From Polyangiaceae bacterium (GTDB lineage Bacteria; Myxococcota_A; Polyangia; Polyangiales; Polyangiaceae), in contig CBDCTZ010000014.1 of NCBI GenBank assembly GCA_965222375.1, positions 608,001-672,000 of the forward strand: a DNA stretch of 64,000 nt, given 5' to 3'. A model generated the notes under the pieces. The model was given only the letters and a program-made list of their open reading frames with translations, had not been told where the DNA came from and did not search any database. A program made the position numbers and the translations under genes. Of this stretch, positions 31,051 through 41,365 are shown piece by piece (the stretch's first letter is position 1; each line of letters starts with the position of its first letter).

Positions 31051-31458
31051 TCAGGCTGGCGGCAGCATGGCCGTTGCCTCGATCTCCACCTTGGCGCCTT
31101 CCTCCAACAGGGCTTTGATCTCGATCAACGCCATGGCGGGGAAGTGTTTTCCCATGTGCTTGCGATACTCCTCGCCAACGCGTTTGTGATCGCGGATGTA
31201 CTCCTCGATGGGGTTGACGAAGATGGTTAGCCGCGCCAGGTGCTCTGCTTTGCCGCCGGCGGCTTCGACGATGGCGACGACGTTGGCCAAGGCTTGACCG
31301 AATTGAGTGGCAAAATCGTCGCTCACGATTTCTTGTTTCTCATTCCACGCGACTTGGCCGGCGACGCACAGGGTTCGCGAGCCCGCTGGGGCCAGCATTC
31401 CATTGGAATAGCCCCGGGGTTTGCCCAAGGCGGGTGGGTTGATGATCTCCAGGCTCAT
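31051..31458 (-). CDS. RidA/YjgF family protein
   Basis: PRGYSNG, AGQVA, FPAMAL and VEIEATA. Confidence 0.92.
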   Translation of the reverse strand: MSLEIINPPALGKPRGYSNGMLAPAGSRTLCVAGQVAWNEKQEIVSDDFATQFGQALANVVAIVEAAGGKAEHLARLTIFVNPIEEYIRDHKRVGEEYRKHMGKHFPAMALIEIKALLEEGAKVEIEATAMLPPA

Positions 31459-32231
31459 GCCAATAACCCTCCTCCATCGATCACGATGGCTTGTCCGTTG
31501 ATTCCGCCCGATAGAGGGGCGCAGAGATTTGCGATCAAGAACGCGACCTCTTCAGGTTTGATCAGCCGCGTCTGGTTTGCGGTCTCCAAGATCGCGGAGA
31601 GGGCCTTGTCGTCGGAGAGTCCGGTCTTGCCAACGACGCGCTGCACGGAGCCTGCAGTCATGTCCGTGTCCACGTAGCCTGGGCACACCGCATTCACGGT
31701 CACGCCCTTTTTGGCGTATTCGGCTGCCGCTACCCGGGTGAATCCGAGCAGGGCGTGTTTCGAGGCCGTGTAGGCCGCAATGTAGGGCGCGCCCATGCGC
31801 GATGTGATCGAAGCGACATTGACGATGCGCCCAAAGCCCCGCTCTGCCATCGGTGTCAGCACCGCCTGCGCGCACAAGAACGGGCCCGTCGCATTGACCG
31901 CCAGGACCTTGTTCCACTCTTCCAAGCTCTGGTGCTTGATGGCAGCTGAGGTCGCAATGCCGGCGTTGTTGACCAGAATGTCGACCTTGCCCAGGGTCGC
32001 AATGGCAGCCTTTGCAAGGTCCTCCACGCTCTTCGGATCCGTAACGTCACAAGGCACGGCCAGAGCGCGCCGCCCGAGCTTTCGGATCTCCCCCGCAACG
32101 CTTTCGATCTCCGCAGTGCTGCGAGCCGCCACGGCGACATCCGCCCCGCGCCCGGCGAGCTCCAACGCCGCGGCGCGGCCGATCCCCCGCCCGCCACCGG
32201 TGACTACCGCCGCTTTTCCCGCGAATTCCAC
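31455..32231 (-). CDS. SDR family NAD(P)-dependent oxidoreductase
   Basis: TGGGRGIG, NNAG, YTASK and CPGYVDT. Confidence 0.95.
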   Translation of the reverse strand: MEFAGKAAVVTGGGRGIGRAAALELAGRGADVAVAARSTAEIESVAGEIRKLGRRALAVPCDVTDPKSVEDLAKAAIATLGKVDILVNNAGIATSAAIKHQSLEEWNKVLAVNATGPFLCAQAVLTPMAERGFGRIVNVASITSRMGAPYIAAYTASKHALLGFTRVAAAEYAKKGVTVNAVCPGYVDTDMTAGSVQRVVGKTGLSDDKALSAILETANQTRLIKPEEVAFLIANLCAPLSGGINGQAIVIDGGGLLA

Positions 32232-32276
32232 GGCGAGACCCTTGTGCGGGGACGCGCCGAAATCAACCGCGAGGCC

Positions 32277-33644
32277 TCAGCCTCGCAAATGCCAGGCTTT
32301 GGGCTTCAAGAACGTGTCGATGCCCAAGGTCGACAGCGTCGCGCCCATGCCCGAGTGGCCGCGTCCAGACCAGGGCAGCCGTGGACTGACTCGGTCGCAG
32401 CAATTCCAGTACGCCGTTCCGACGTCGAGCTCACTGAGGATCCCGTCCGCACGTGCCTTGTCAGCGCTGAACACGGCAGCGGTCAGCCCGTACTCGGTGT
32501 CGCCCATCAAGTGCAGCGCCTCGTCGTCCGAGGCGACTTTCATCAAGCCGATGATCGGTCCGAAGCTCTCTTCCTTCATCACGCGCATGTCGTGATCCAC
32601 GTCCACCAATACGGTGGGTTGGAAGAAGTAGCCTGGACCCTCGCCCCGCGACCCACCGGTTAGCACCCGCGCACCGCGGTCTCGCGCATCCTTCACCTGC
32701 GCTTCGAGATGTTCCTGAGCCAGCTGGCGTCGCGCCAAGGGACCGATGTAGGTCTCGGCGCGCATGGGGTCGCCCACCGCGAAGCCGCGAACGGTCGCCA
32801 CGAAGGCATCCACGAACTGTTGCCACACGTTTTCGTGCACGTAGATGCGCTCCACGGCGCAGCAGCTCTGCCCCGTGTTGTAGAACGCACCATCCGCCAG
32901 CGCCGCCGCGGCCTGCGCCGGATCCGCGTCGTCGCAGGCGTAGGCTGGGTCTTTGCCTCCCAACTCCAACTGCACCCGAATCATGCGGCTCGCCAGGGCC
33001 TGGGCGATCTTGCTCCCGGTGGCGAAGGAGCCCGTGAAGAACATGCCGTCGATCTTCTGCTCCAGGATCCCCCGTCCCGCCTCAGCACCACCGACGACCG
33101 CGCAGAACACCTCCTTGGGTACCCCCGCCTGCGCCATCAACTCCGCGATGGCCAGACCGCTCAGGGTCGCGTACTCGCTCGGCTTGTAGAGCACGGCGTT
33201 GCCCGTGAGCAGGGCAGGCACGAAGACGTTCGACCCGACGAAGTAGGGATAGTTCCAAGCCGAGATGTTGGCGACCACGCCCAAAGGCTCCAAGCGGATC
33301 TGTTCCTCAGTGCCCGTGTCTCGGCTAGCCACCACGCGAGTCGCGACCTGGGTCGGGGTGTGCTCCAAAAAGAAGTCGAGGCGCTCGCCTAGAGCTGCCA
33401 GCTCGTTGTTCGACTGCGTGATGGGCTTGCCGGTCTCGCGGGTCAGCGTTTCCGCGAGACTCGCCCGCTTGCTCTCGAGCAGTTTCGCGAATGCTGCCAG
33501 ACACTCGGTGCGCTCCTCCACGCTGCGCCGGGCCCACTCGGGTTGGGCGTGTCTTGCCGCCGCCGCCTTCTTTGCGACCACAGCCAGATCGTCTTGCTCG
33601 ACTTCGCGGAGGACCGAGCCGTCGGCGGGGTTTTCGATGCGCAT
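32277..33644 (-). CDS. Aldehyde dehydrogenase
   Basis: WNYP, FTGS, LELGGKDP, GQSCC and EESFGP. Confidence 0.95.
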   Translation of the reverse strand: MRIENPADGSVLREVEQDDLAVVAKKAAAARHAQPEWARRSVEERTECLAAFAKLLESKRASLAETLTRETGKPITQSNNELAALGERLDFFLEHTPTQVATRVVASRDTGTEEQIRLEPLGVVANISAWNYPYFVGSNVFVPALLTGNAVLYKPSEYATLSGLAIAELMAQAGVPKEVFCAVVGGAEAGRGILEQKIDGMFFTGSFATGSKIAQALASRMIRVQLELGGKDPAYACDDADPAQAAAALADGAFYNTGQSCCAVERIYVHENVWQQFVDAFVATVRGFAVGDPMRAETYIGPLARRQLAQEHLEAQVKDARDRGARVLTGGSRGEGPGYFFQPTVLVDVDHDMRVMKEESFGPIIGLMKVASDDEALHLMGDTEYGLTAAVFSADKARADGILSELDVGTAYWNCCDRVSPRLPWSGRGHSGMGATLSTLGIDTFLKPKAWHLRG

Positions 33645-33696
33645 GCCGCGGGTTGTAGCGCTCTGCCGCGCAATCCGGTAGCGACATCCAACGAGC

Positions 33697-34443
33697 TCAG
33701 CCCCCGGCCACAGCTTCGGCGAGGATCTGGCCCAAGACGGCGATGGTTTCTCGCCCTTCCGCCGCGGTGGCGCCAGCGGGCGTTCCGAAATAGGCCTGGG
33801 GCCCGCCCGCTTCCTCGAAGCTGTGTTTGCCCTCGCGAATGGCCATGGACAGGCTGGCGGGATTTTCGGGCAACGAACTCTGCACGGTTTCTTTGACCCA
33901 TTCGGGCCGCGCCGCCATCACGATCGAACCTTCGTACTGCCCCGCATGGCAGGCGCCGCTCTTGAATTCGTCCGTGAGACGCAGCGCCCAGGGTTTGCGC
34001 GTCACGTCTGGATACACGACCCGGATCTTACCTTCGCCGTTCAGCGTCTTCTGCGCCGCGTACAGACTGCGGATATGGTTCGGCTCCAAATGCGCGTTGG
34101 CGATAGCCATGAGCGGAAAACCCTGAGCGGCCAGCCCGCGGCCGATATCCACGTACAGGCCCGTTGAAGTCTCCGCACTGATCGACAGCGTCCCGTCGAA
34201 GCCCTCGGCGTAGGTCGCAACCGTATAAGCCACCGGCGGCAACACAACGGCGGTCTTGCCGCCGTTCGAAAGCACTTCGGCCCCCGCCTTCGCCATAGCC
34301 TCCGCGATGATCACGTCCGTGGCCAAGGGCAAGTGCGGACCATGGGCCTCCGTCGCACCCACCGGCAAGATCGCAACCACCTCATTCCGCGACAGGGCGG
34401 CGACTTCGTCGTAGCTCAGAGCCGCAAGTTCCAACACCGGCAT
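33697..34443 (-). CDS. Creatininase/creatinine amidohydrolase family protein
   Basis: PVGATEAHGPHLPLATD, NAH and HAGQYEGS. Confidence 0.9.
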   Translation of the reverse strand: MPVLELAALSYDEVAALSRNEVVAILPVGATEAHGPHLPLATDVIIAEAMAKAGAEVLSNGGKTAVVLPPVAYTVATYAEGFDGTLSISAETSTGLYVDIGRGLAAQGFPLMAIANAHLEPNHIRSLYAAQKTLNGEGKIRVVYPDVTRKPWALRLTDEFKSGACHAGQYEGSIVMAARPEWVKETVQSSLPENPASLSMAIREGKHSFEEAGGPQAYFGTPAGATAAEGRETIAVLGQILAEAVAGG

Positions 34444-34479
34444 CGCCCCATCATCCTCGAAAGCGCATCGAGCTGGGAA

Positions 34480-34524
34480 GGGATGGTTTTTGGAAGGCAA
34501 CAGAGCTGCCTTGGGCCCAACCCC
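34480..34524. repeat. REP-like hairpin repeat, family B, copy 2
   Basis: GGATGGTTTTTGGAAGGCAACAGAGCTGCCTTGG with an AAGGCA/TGCCTT stem. Confidence 0.65.
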
Positions 34525-34828
34525 ATGCGTGCACGCCGGTGGCGCCCCGCCCTTGGGCCTCTCCCCCGCGGTCCGAAAATGCGACTACGGCTCTGGTCAT
34601 CGTTTGGGCTCGGGCGGCGTACGACCTCCCTGGCTCGGAAGACAAGGTCGACGTCAGCTACGTCGTCGGCGGAACGTGGAGTGCTCGGAGTGCCCGAGGG
34701 TGCGGCCAGCGCGGTACCTACACGTGAGCAGGCCGCACCCGCGTCCGAGAGCGGTGATGACTACGCCGCCCTCAATCTGTGGCCACCACGGCCGTTGTGC
34801 AGATCAGGGTTTGCGGAGACATAACGAC

Positions 34829-35995
34829 CTATAGATCGTCGACGTAGCCGATTTGGTACTGGTAGCCAGTGTAGCCAGCTTGATTCTGCTGCTCGATGTA
34901 CAACCAACCTCGGTGTTCGCCAGCATCATCGACGATCGAATTCAAAGCCAGCGGGTGCATGTTGCGGTTGTAGCAAGGCCATTCGGCAGACAAAGACAAA
35001 CACGTGCACCAGTTGTTGTAGGCCATCGTGCGCCCCGTCTCGGTGCTCGCCAGGTGATACATGATCTTGCCCGTATAAGGGCCGCTGCAAGCTCCAGTAC
35101 AGACTTTGCTCGAATGAGGAAGCATGGCGTGGAGAGTATAGCCTGCTGAAGACCAGGAGGCCGATGTGAAGCTCGACAAATCGATCACGGTCGGGCCCCA
35201 GTCCCGAGCGCTGATCTTCGAACCGTCCGACGAAGCCCCTGAGGCGCGACCGGTCCACTTTTTCAGCCCGCCGCTCTTTACGATTTCTTGCAGCGTCCGA
35301 AACGTCTTCCAACTCGCGTTGCTGCCATAGCCCCAGCCGTGGGTGATGCCAAAACCAGAGTCTTTGAAGGAAAGCGCCCACATAGCCGGCGTCGACGTCG
35401 GGACGACATCCCATATTTCGTACTTGCCGCTCTTCCAGTTGATTCTGAGCCGAGCTCCTTTTTCGAGAAGCTGAAAGCTGCCTGTCGAAGGGGAATGCTG
35501 TTTCTCTGGGAAAGTCCAGCCTGTTGGTGTGTAGGTGAAACAGTTCTTGGTCACGCCGTTCATGGTGCAGTGATGCTGAGTGTAGGGAGTCTTTCCCTTC
35601 TTCGCTTCGCTGTCCCACTGCCAGAGGGTTGCGGCAACGGAGCCGTCCTTTGAAAAGGTGTAATTTGCATGACGCACCCAGGTAGTGCCTTGGGAGTCGA
35701 GGTTTCCGTACACCAGACTGTAGCGCTCTTTGCCTCCTGGATAGATGCCGCTCACGGAAGCGTCGTCGCCGGCATCCAGTATCTTGCCGGCGCTTCCGCC
35801 GCTTGCTTTGCCGCCGCCGGCCGAGCCCCCGCTGGCTTTCCCTGCGTCACCGCCCGAGCCGCCGATTCCGCTCGCATCAGGCAGAGCATCCAGCGCCGAG
35901 TCTTTCCCAGTACCTCTCCCGCTTGATTCTTCGCCCTCGGTGCACGCAGCAAGCCACAAGCTGAAAACCAAGATCGATATCGTTTGCCAGCTCAT
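34829..35995 (-). CDS. Lipoprotein with Gly-rich linker and uncharacterised Trp/Cys-rich domain
   Basis: Lipobox LAAC and GKASGGSAG repeats. TATAAT lies 6 bp upstream of the ATG. Confidence 0.8.
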   Translation of the reverse strand: MSWQTISILVFSLWLAACTEGEESSGRGTGKDSALDALPDASGIGGSGGDAGKASGGSAGGGKASGGSAGKILDAGDDASVSGIYPGGKERYSLVYGNLDSQGTTWVRHANYTFSKDGSVAATLWQWDSEAKKGKTPYTQHHCTMNGVTKNCFTYTPTGWTFPEKQHSPSTGSFQLLEKGARLRINWKSGKYEIWDVVPTSTPAMWALSFKDSGFGITHGWGYGSNASWKTFRTLQEIVKSGGLKKWTGRASGASSDGSKISARDWGPTVIDLSSFTSASWSSAGYTLHAMLPHSSKVCTGACSGPYTGKIMYHLASTETGRTMAYNNWCTCLSLSAEWPCYNRNMHPLALNSIVDDAGEHRGWLYIEQQNQAGYTGYQYQIGYVDDL

Positions 35996-36021
35996 GAACC
36001 AATTATAGCTGCTCCTACCGA

Positions 36022-36082
36022 GTCCCGCGCCGGACCTCGAAGAAACGGTCGATGACGGGCTTCGTGGTCCATCCCCCCAAAA
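36022..36082 (+). repeat. Dispersed repeat family A, copy 2
   Basis: CCGGACCTCGAAGAAACGGTCGATGACGGGCTTCGTGGTCCATCCCCCCAAAA. Confidence 0.85.
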
Positions 36083-36083
36083 G

Positions 36084-36165
36084 TCAGGTCAAGACCTCGT
36101 CGACTCGCTTGAAAGCGCGGCCGGGGAGCCGAGCTTGGTGGAGATGCAGTGCGCCTCGAGTCAGC
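36084..36165 (-). pseudogene. 3' end fragment of DUF1552-like gene (EAHCISTKLG../GRAFKRVDEVLT*)
   Basis: Homologous at DNA and protein level to 48963-49040. Confidence 0.6.
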
Positions 36166-36770
36166 GCCTGGCTTCGGCGCGGGCCGTTGGAGCGTCCGCC
36201 TGTTCGAGCAGGCACTTCGCTAAGATCGCCCGGAATGCCCGGAGAAGGCCAAAGTCTGCAGGAGCGCGCGGGACACGCAAACTGGTGCCGCTCCATCCGG
36301 CTCCGTACCGTCGCCAGCGTCCGCGGCACCCGCACTGGTTTCAGTGTGTGCTGCTTGGTACCACCTCGCCGGTTGCACCACGGCCAATCACATTCTGGAT
36401 TCCGTACTCGCCGACGAGAGTTCCTGTGTGACGCCCTATGCCACCGCCGCATGCACCCAACGCGACCAACATCAGTCCGTACTGGACGCTGCCCTCGTCC
36501 GCAGCCTGCGGAAGTTCAAGGTCTGTAGTCAGAGGTGGTAACATCGAAGCCATGATTCCCGATGCCATTCGGCGTCCGTTGTTGGCGATTTTTGGGTTAC
36601 TGATTTTCCTCGGCTGCAAGGGCGAAGCTGCGAAGCAGGAAGCTCCGAGCGCAGCGGTGAGTAGCTAGCCCACTTCGATGAAGGAGCGCGGTGCGTCGCC
36701 TGCGGGCGCAGACGGGCACCCGTGCGCCGTCGCCGCATAGGATGTTGGGCCGCCTTCCGCGGCCGAAAGC

Positions 36771-36852
36771 GTGGAGCGCCACAGCCGCAAGCCGGGCGCG
36801 ATGACGCTACGGTGGAGCGCCACAGCCGCAAGCCGGGCGCGATGACGCTACG
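36771..36852. repeat. 41-bp perfect tandem duplication overlapping a stop codon
   Basis: GTGGAGCGCCACAGCCGCAAGCCGGGCGCGATGACGCTACG x2. Confidence 0.9.
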
Positions 36853-38305
36853 GGGACTTGACCTCGATGAAGGGTCCGCCGTCGGTGCGCGTGCACGTAA
36901 CGTCCTTCATGCTGGTTGCCTTGCTGTAGTCGCTGACGAGCTCCCAATCCTGCCAACCGTTGGGCGAGATGGCTGTGAAGTCGTGAACCCCGAGACTCAC
37001 CTCGGGATCCGTCCAGCGAGACTTGTCTGCATAGTCAGAACTGAACGCAACCTGCATACCGCCGCCGTCGGAATGGATCACGCCGTACTCCTTGGCCGCT
37101 ACGCAGATCACGTGTTGCGAGCGATTCTCGGTAATGCTCGGGCATTGTACTGAGGCTTTCAGCCGGAAACGTGAACCGTAGAGCGGCTGCTTGCCGGGGC
37201 CGGCTGCCGCAATGTCATAGGTGATGGGATTGTGTGTGGCCGGAGGAACGAAGAGGTCCTTCTTCACTAGCGGATTCTGGAAGGTCAGTCGCATCGCGTG
37301 TTCGATGCGCCCTTCAGCGATCTCGCCGGGGGTGACCAACATGGGCGTGAATGCCAATCCCGCCGCATCAGCCGAGGTGCAACCTTTGCCGCGCAAGTCA
37401 GCGTGCTGCTTCTTGGTAAAGTCCCAAATGGCCACGCAGCCCCCGGCGCGCCCCGGATTGGTTTCTCCGGGAACCTTGCGCAGTTCGCCGTCCATTTCGT
37501 CGCTGCGCCACATTTCATACGCCTTGCCTTCGGCAAAGTGAGCAACAACCAAGTGACAGTCCCCCCCGTCGTAGGGCTCACCGACCGCGCCCTGGATCCC
37601 GGTTGCGCGCCCCTCCGGGAAGTCGGCGTCATTGCAATCCATCGACGCGGCGCCCTGAATACGCGGCGCTAGCGCCCTGTCGAGCACCATGCTCTTCGGA
37701 ACGGGCATCAACGGTGCGTCGCAGCCATTCGAATACCACTGCCTGGACTTGAACCCGTTGGTCGTTAGACGCAGCAACCAGTCTACCTTCTGTGTCGCGG
37801 CATTGGCCTCCAGAACATGATTGGCCCAGATCTCCGGCGGGCCACCGGGGTTGTAGGAAGGGTCTTCCATCGCCAAGTTGATCGCGGCGAAGAACTCACT
37901 TGTGGCCTTGGATCGATAGGTACCTCCGGGCTTGAAGAAGCTGTGCATGTAGTCGACAACGTCTTTCGAGTCTGGAGAAACTGGCCAGCCATCAACTCGT
38001 TGGTTCCAAGGATCTTCCGGGTGTCCAACCTGACCCTTCTTGTTGATGCCATCGCGCTTGCCGGGGCTCGTTTCCCCCCAAACACCGGCCTGAAAGTGCA
38101 ACCTGAGATGCTTGCTGCCTGCCGGGGGCACGAAGGCATCGCTTGCATCCGGGGAGCTCGAATCAGGAAACGCGGCATCCTCCGAACCCGCTTCAACCGG
38201 AGCCGCGTCTGTCTGCGATGCGTCCCCCTGGGGGTCTTGTGCTTCCGACGAGGAGGAGCAGGCGACCAGGCACGTGCTTGCGGCAACCAGCAGGCGGGAA
38301 AACAT
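36848..38305 (-). CDS. Conserved myxobacterial lipoprotein (GDCHL/TSADAAGL/HAxR family)
   Basis: Lipobox LVAC; motifs DPWNQRVD..PV, GGDCHLVV, YEMW, TSADAAGL, IEHAMR and YGSRFRLK. Confidence 0.8.
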   Translation of the reverse strand: MFSRLLVAASTCLVACSSSSEAQDPQGDASQTDAAPVEAGSEDAAFPDSSSPDASDAFVPPAGSKHLRLHFQAGVWGETSPGKRDGINKKGQVGHPEDPWNQRVDGWPVSPDSKDVVDYMHSFFKPGGTYRSKATSEFFAAINLAMEDPSYNPGGPPEIWANHVLEANAATQKVDWLLRLTTNGFKSRQWYSNGCDAPLMPVPKSMVLDRALAPRIQGAASMDCNDADFPEGRATGIQGAVGEPYDGGDCHLVVAHFAEGKAYEMWRSDEMDGELRKVPGETNPGRAGGCVAIWDFTKKQHADLRGKGCTSADAAGLAFTPMLVTPGEIAEGRIEHAMRLTFQNPLVKKDLFVPPATHNPITYDIAAAGPGKQPLYGSRFRLKASVQCPSITENRSQHVICVAAKEYGVIHSDGGGMQVAFSSDYADKSRWTDPEVSLGVHDFTAISPNGWQDWELVSDYSKATSMKDVTCTRTDGGPFIEVKSP

Positions 38306-38587
38306 GCGCCAGATCGGAGGGGCCATCTCTGTTTCGGCTGTGTTCACTATCAACTCCCGATTGAGAAAGTACTCCAGTTTGGCTGGGCTGGACTTCCGGA
38401 TCAATGCCAAAGGCTTTCGCAACGGCGCCAGCCCAGACCTAGCGCGGCAAAGGTCAGCTTGGCCGCAGCTCGACGGTGAATGCGACCCGGGCGCTCAGAA
38501 ACACGAAGCCGTACGCGCCCGGCACGCCAAGACGGCAGTAGGCCCCGACGCCCGAAATTCCTGGGTGACGGCGTATACTCTGGCGAG

Positions 38588-39910
38588 ATGACCGTCTCGC
38601 CCACGCTGCGTTGGACGGGCTCCTTCGCGGATCCCGAGCTGGAGCGACAGTTGCAGGCGGACCGCGCACAGTGGCTGCGGCGCTGGCTGACGGTTTCCCT
38701 GGGCGTCTCCACGGTCGTGTTCTTGGGCTATGGAGTTCACGATGCCCTCGTCGTGCCCGGCGTACGCTCCGAAGCGTGGTTCGTACGCTACGCGCTCTTC
38801 GCTCCGGTGGCGCTTTTGACACTTGTGGTCGTGCGCAGCAAGTACTTGCCAAAGCTCGGACAATGGCTCGGCCTCATGTACGGCTGCGCCGCGTGCTTCG
38901 TGGTCCTCTACGTCGCCAGCATGGCACCCCGTAGCGCCTTCTACTTGTACGCCTCCTACGCGGTGATGTTTGTGACCCTCGGCCCCTTCGTCGCCCGGCT
39001 GAACGTAGCCACTCAGCTCATTTTCACGGTCATCGTTCTGGGCATGTACCATTGGCTCGATACGCGTAGCGGCGGCATCATTCGCCTCTCTATTTCATCG
39101 ACCCTGGTCTCCCTCGGTGGTCTCGGTGCGATCCTGGCGTATCAGTTGGAAAAGAGCGAGCGCCTCAGCTTCGCGCAGCGGCGCCTGATCACGGCGCAGA
39201 TGGGCGAGCTCGAAGAGGAGCGCGCACGCAGCGAAGAGCTGCTGCTCAACGTGCTGCCGCCCACCATCGCCCAGCGCCTCAAGAACGAGTCGCGCAGCAT
39301 CGCTGACGGCTTCGAAAACGTGTCGGTGCTGTTCGCGGATATCGTCGGCTTCACCACCATGAGCCAACGCCTCAGTCCTGAAGAGTTAGTCGATCGACTA
39401 AACCAGGTCTTTTCCAGTTTTGACGACCTCGTCGACAAGCTGAAGCTCGAAAAGATCAAAACCATCGGCGACGCCTACATGGTGGCCGGCGGCTTGCACA
39501 GCCTCGAATACGATCACGCTCAAGCCGTTGCCGAAATGGCCCTGGCCATGAAGCGCCGGCTGCACGAATTCAGCGCGAAGTTCGGTGAGAGCTTGGACAT
39601 TCGCATCGGGATCCACACGGGCCCGGTCGTCGCCGGCGTCATCGGCAAGAAGAAGTTCATTTACGACGTGTGGGGCGACACCGTGAATACCGCCAGCCGA
39701 ATGGAGTCCCACGCCGAGCCCGGCGCGATTCAAGTCACCCAAGATAGCTACGAGCTATTGAAGGACAACTACGAATTCGAGGAGCGCGGCGCCATCGAGG
39801 TCAAGGGCAAGGGCCCCATGCGCACCTACTACTTGCTGCGCCGCCTGCCCGACAAGAAGGCGAAGAACCCCATGGCCAAGACCTTCGTTCCCCGCAAGCT
39901 GCCCGTGTAG
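38588..39910 (+). CDS. Membrane-bound class III adenylate cyclase
   Basis: Six TM helices, LLLNVLP, LFADIVGFT, KIKTIGDAYM and YDVWGDTVNTASRMES (K/D pair indicates ATP specificity). Confidence 0.93.
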   Translation: MTVSPTLRWTGSFADPELERQLQADRAQWLRRWLTVSLGVSTVVFLGYGVHDALVVPGVRSEAWFVRYALFAPVALLTLVVVRSKYLPKLGQWLGLMYGCAACFVVLYVASMAPRSAFYLYASYAVMFVTLGPFVARLNVATQLIFTVIVLGMYHWLDTRSGGIIRLSISSTLVSLGGLGAILAYQLEKSERLSFAQRRLITAQMGELEEERARSEELLLNVLPPTIAQRLKNESRSIADGFENVSVLFADIVGFTTMSQRLSPEELVDRLNQVFSSFDDLVDKLKLEKIKTIGDAYMVAGGLHSLEYDHAQAVAEMALAMKRRLHEFSAKFGESLDIRIGIHTGPVVAGVIGKKKFIYDVWGDTVNTASRMESHAEPGAIQVTQDSYELLKDNYEFEERGAIEVKGKGPMRTYYLLRRLPDKKAKNPMAKTFVPRKLPV

Positions 39911-39955
39911 CTCGGCAACCGCGCAGGCCGCGCTGCCGTAGCCATTTCGACAATC

Positions 39956-40709
39956 GTGCCTACCATCGCCTCGACCAAGAAGCTGCTCGCGGAAGTACGT
40001 GCCTGTAGCCTATGCGAGGCGCAGCTACCCATAGGCCCACGTCCAGTGCTTCAGCTCCACGGCGGCGCCCGGGTGCTCATTGCGGGGCAAGCGCCGGACG
40101 CAAAGTGCACGAAACTGGCGTGCCCTTCGACGATGCCAGCGGGGACCGCCTGCGCGAGTGGATGGGCGTCACTCGCGAGCAGTTCTACGATCCCAAGCGC
40201 ATCGCCATCTTGCCCATGGGCTTCTGCTTCCCGGGCAGCGGAAAGTCCGGCGATTTGCCCCCGCGCCCCGAGTGCCCTCCAGCCTGGCGCGAGCAGTTGC
40301 TGACGCACCTACCCAAGTTGGAGCACACCCTGGTGATCGGAAAGTACGCGCAGAGCTACCACCTCCCCGACGGCAGAGGCGGCGTGACCGAAGTGGTTCG
40401 AGACTGGCGCGCCCACTGGCCAGAGGTGTTGCCGCTGCCTCACCCCAGCCCCCGCAACAACATCTGGCTCAAGAAGAAGCCATGGTTTCCCCGCTGCCTC
40501 ACCCCAGCCCCCGCAACAACATCTGGCTCAAGAAGAACCCATGGTTTCCCCGCAGCGTATTGCCAGCGTTGCGCACGCGCGTAGCACTGTTGATCTGGAC
40601 GCACCCCTCGCGTCGGCCGCCTCTCTTCGACTCAAGGCCCATTCACTTTGTGCGGCGGCATGGGGACGCATTCCGCGCTAATGCACTCCAACGGCCAACC
40701 TTCGGATAG
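39956..40709 (+). pseudogene. Uracil-DNA glycosylase-like family protein; one -1 indel near 40097 and a 59-bp internal duplication
   Basis: C..C..LP.GPRPV, GQAP, FDDASGDRLREW and LPHPSPRN, split over three frames. True end probably near 40600. Confidence 0.85.
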
Positions 40710-41150
40710 GTCGTCAGGTCGCTGGCTGCCAGCACAATCCGCCATGGTCTTGCATGAGCTGGGGCATCGCGCGTTTCGACAGCGATACGGATAGCAGTCG
40801 GTCTCGGAGCCATCGCGCCTTCGCAGCCTGCGGAAGTTCAGACAGTGGCTTCCCATCGCCGGCTTTCTCGCCTCGAGCTTCACGCCTTTGTGCGCTGGCG
40901 AAACTGGCTTGGTCCCTTCGACCTGCGCATCCCTGGGCGCCAGCGCATCGGGCGTGCTGCTTGGTCTTGCATCTCTGGGTGCTGGGTCTTCGACCACGGG
41001 TTCAGCCGCCAGTGGCTCCGGCGGCGTGGGGCTCTGCGCAGCTCCGGTCGCAACGGAGTTGGCCGGTGGCGAGGCAGGCGCGGGCCGATCGCAGCCCATG
41101 ACTCCGCTCGAAAACACGAAAACCATCGTGCAAAACTGACGCGTCCGCAT
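40632..41150 (-). CDS. Small lipoprotein with Cys-rich C-terminal domain
   Basis: Lipobox VMGC, Pro-rich linker, and CYPYRC...C..SC....DC. Confidence 0.65.
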   Translation of the reverse strand: MRTRQFCTMVFVFSSGVMGCDRPAPASPPANSVATGAAQSPTPPEPLAAEPVVEDPAPRDARPSSTPDALAPRDAQVEGTKPVSPAHKGVKLEARKPAMGSHCLNFRRLRRRDGSETDCYPYRCRNARCPSSCKTMADCAGSQRPDDLSEGWPLECISAECVPMPPHKVNGP

Positions 41151-41299
41151 AGCGCCTACCTAGCACGTCGCCCCTCGTCCGCAGCGGCTCCCCAAATTGT
41201 GCCCACCCACTCATTGAGGGTGGGCAGTGAGGTTGGTTCATCGGCCATCTGCGAGACCGGTTGCGTGTTGATTCAGCCCGAACGCCCAATCGCGTGTGG

Positions 41300-41363
41300 G
41301 GCCCCGCGCCGCGCCTTGCAGAACTGTCGATGACGGACTGCTGGGCCCATCCCCAAAACCAAG
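41300..41363 (+). repeat. Dispersed repeat family A, copy 3 (GCAGAACT subtype)
   Basis: GCCTTGCAGAACTGTCGATGACGGACTGCTGGGCCCATCCCCAAAACCAAG. Confidence 0.8.
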
Positions 41364-41365
41364 AC

